Origin: Eledone cirrhosa
Lineage: Eukaryota
Reading direction: 5' to 3'
DNA length: 64,000 nt
Assembly: GCA_964016885.1 (NCBI GenBank)
Contig: OZ024743.1
Span: 178,250,001-178,314,000 of the forward strand
Shown: piece after piece, positions 63,425 through 64,000 of the stretch
Position numbering within the stretch: the first letter of the stretch is position 1
Layout of the letters: every line of letters starts with the position of its first letter
Position numbers and translations under genes: made by a program
The notes under the pieces: model-generated
Databases searched by the model: none
What the model saw: the letters and a program-made list of their open reading frames with translations, nothing else
Told to the model about the DNA's origin: nothing

Positions 63425-64000
63425 TATAAAGAAACAGTCAGCAAGGTTAGAATTAACAACGAATATAGTGAAGAGTTTAGCGTAAAAGTTGGTGTCCATC
63501 AGGGCTCTGTTCTTAGCCCCCTACTATTTATTATTGCCCTTCAGGCTATAACAGAGGAGTTCAAGACCGGCTGCCCATGGGAACTCCTATACGCAGATGA
63601 TCTAACGCTCATAGCTGAATCAATGACCGAACTAGTGAAGAAATTCCAAACATGGAAGCACGGCCTAGAATCAAAAGGCCTTAAAATTAACCTGGCTAAG
63701 ACTAAAGTTCTAGTTTGTAGGAAAGAAAATAAGGCGGCGGTCCCTTCCGGGAAATGGTCATGCTCAGTGTGTAGGAAAGTCGTAGGTAGAAACTCCATTT
63801 TAGGTCCCAATTGCAAAGTATGGGTGCATAAAAGATGTAGTGGGATCACAGGTAAGCTAACTAAGAACATAAATTTTACATGTGGCCGGTGCTCTGGTGC
63901 AATAAGTAGCAGCAAGTGCCCACAAAATACTAGCTCTTTCAATTGCGCAGAGGGTTCTATAGAAATAGTGAACAGCTTCCGTTACCTGGGTGACAAAATC
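63425..64000 (+). mobile_element. RTE copy D, 5'-truncated, runs off the window
   Basis: Starts TATAAAGAAACAGTC (YKETV) right after the (TA)n behind copy C; HQGSVLSP, YADD. Confidence 0.92.

Overview
AT-rich animal genomic DNA made almost entirely of transposable elements and microsatellites. The SINE/LINE repertoire suggests a mollusc, probably an octopus; this is an inference. Main contents: (1) a near full-length Tx1/L1-clade LINE (164-5904, minus) with intact EN-RT-ZnF ORF2 and a singly frameshifted ORF1, plus a diverged 5'-truncated relative (10164-11950), both sitting in (TA)n/(GATA)n tracts; (2) a head-to-tail array of four RTE-clade LINE copies (52358-64000) whose RT carries a C4HC3 PHD-type finger, including an exact 3637-bp duplication that created a chimeric copy; (3) one Rep-deleted coding Helitron and four non-autonomous Helitrons; (4) several minimal type-I hammerhead ribozymes in non-coding Penelope/retrozyme-like elements with fold-back ends, two of which share a covarying hairpin 53-57 nt past the cleavage site (the most novel-looking signal); (5) many tRNA-derived SINEs, MITEs, mariner/HERO/CR1/CRE fragments and SINE-tail-derived satellites; (6) two in-phase minus-strand exons of an unidentified host gene or pseudogene (41538-41358, 38866-38779). 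All calls were made by eye; no searches were run.
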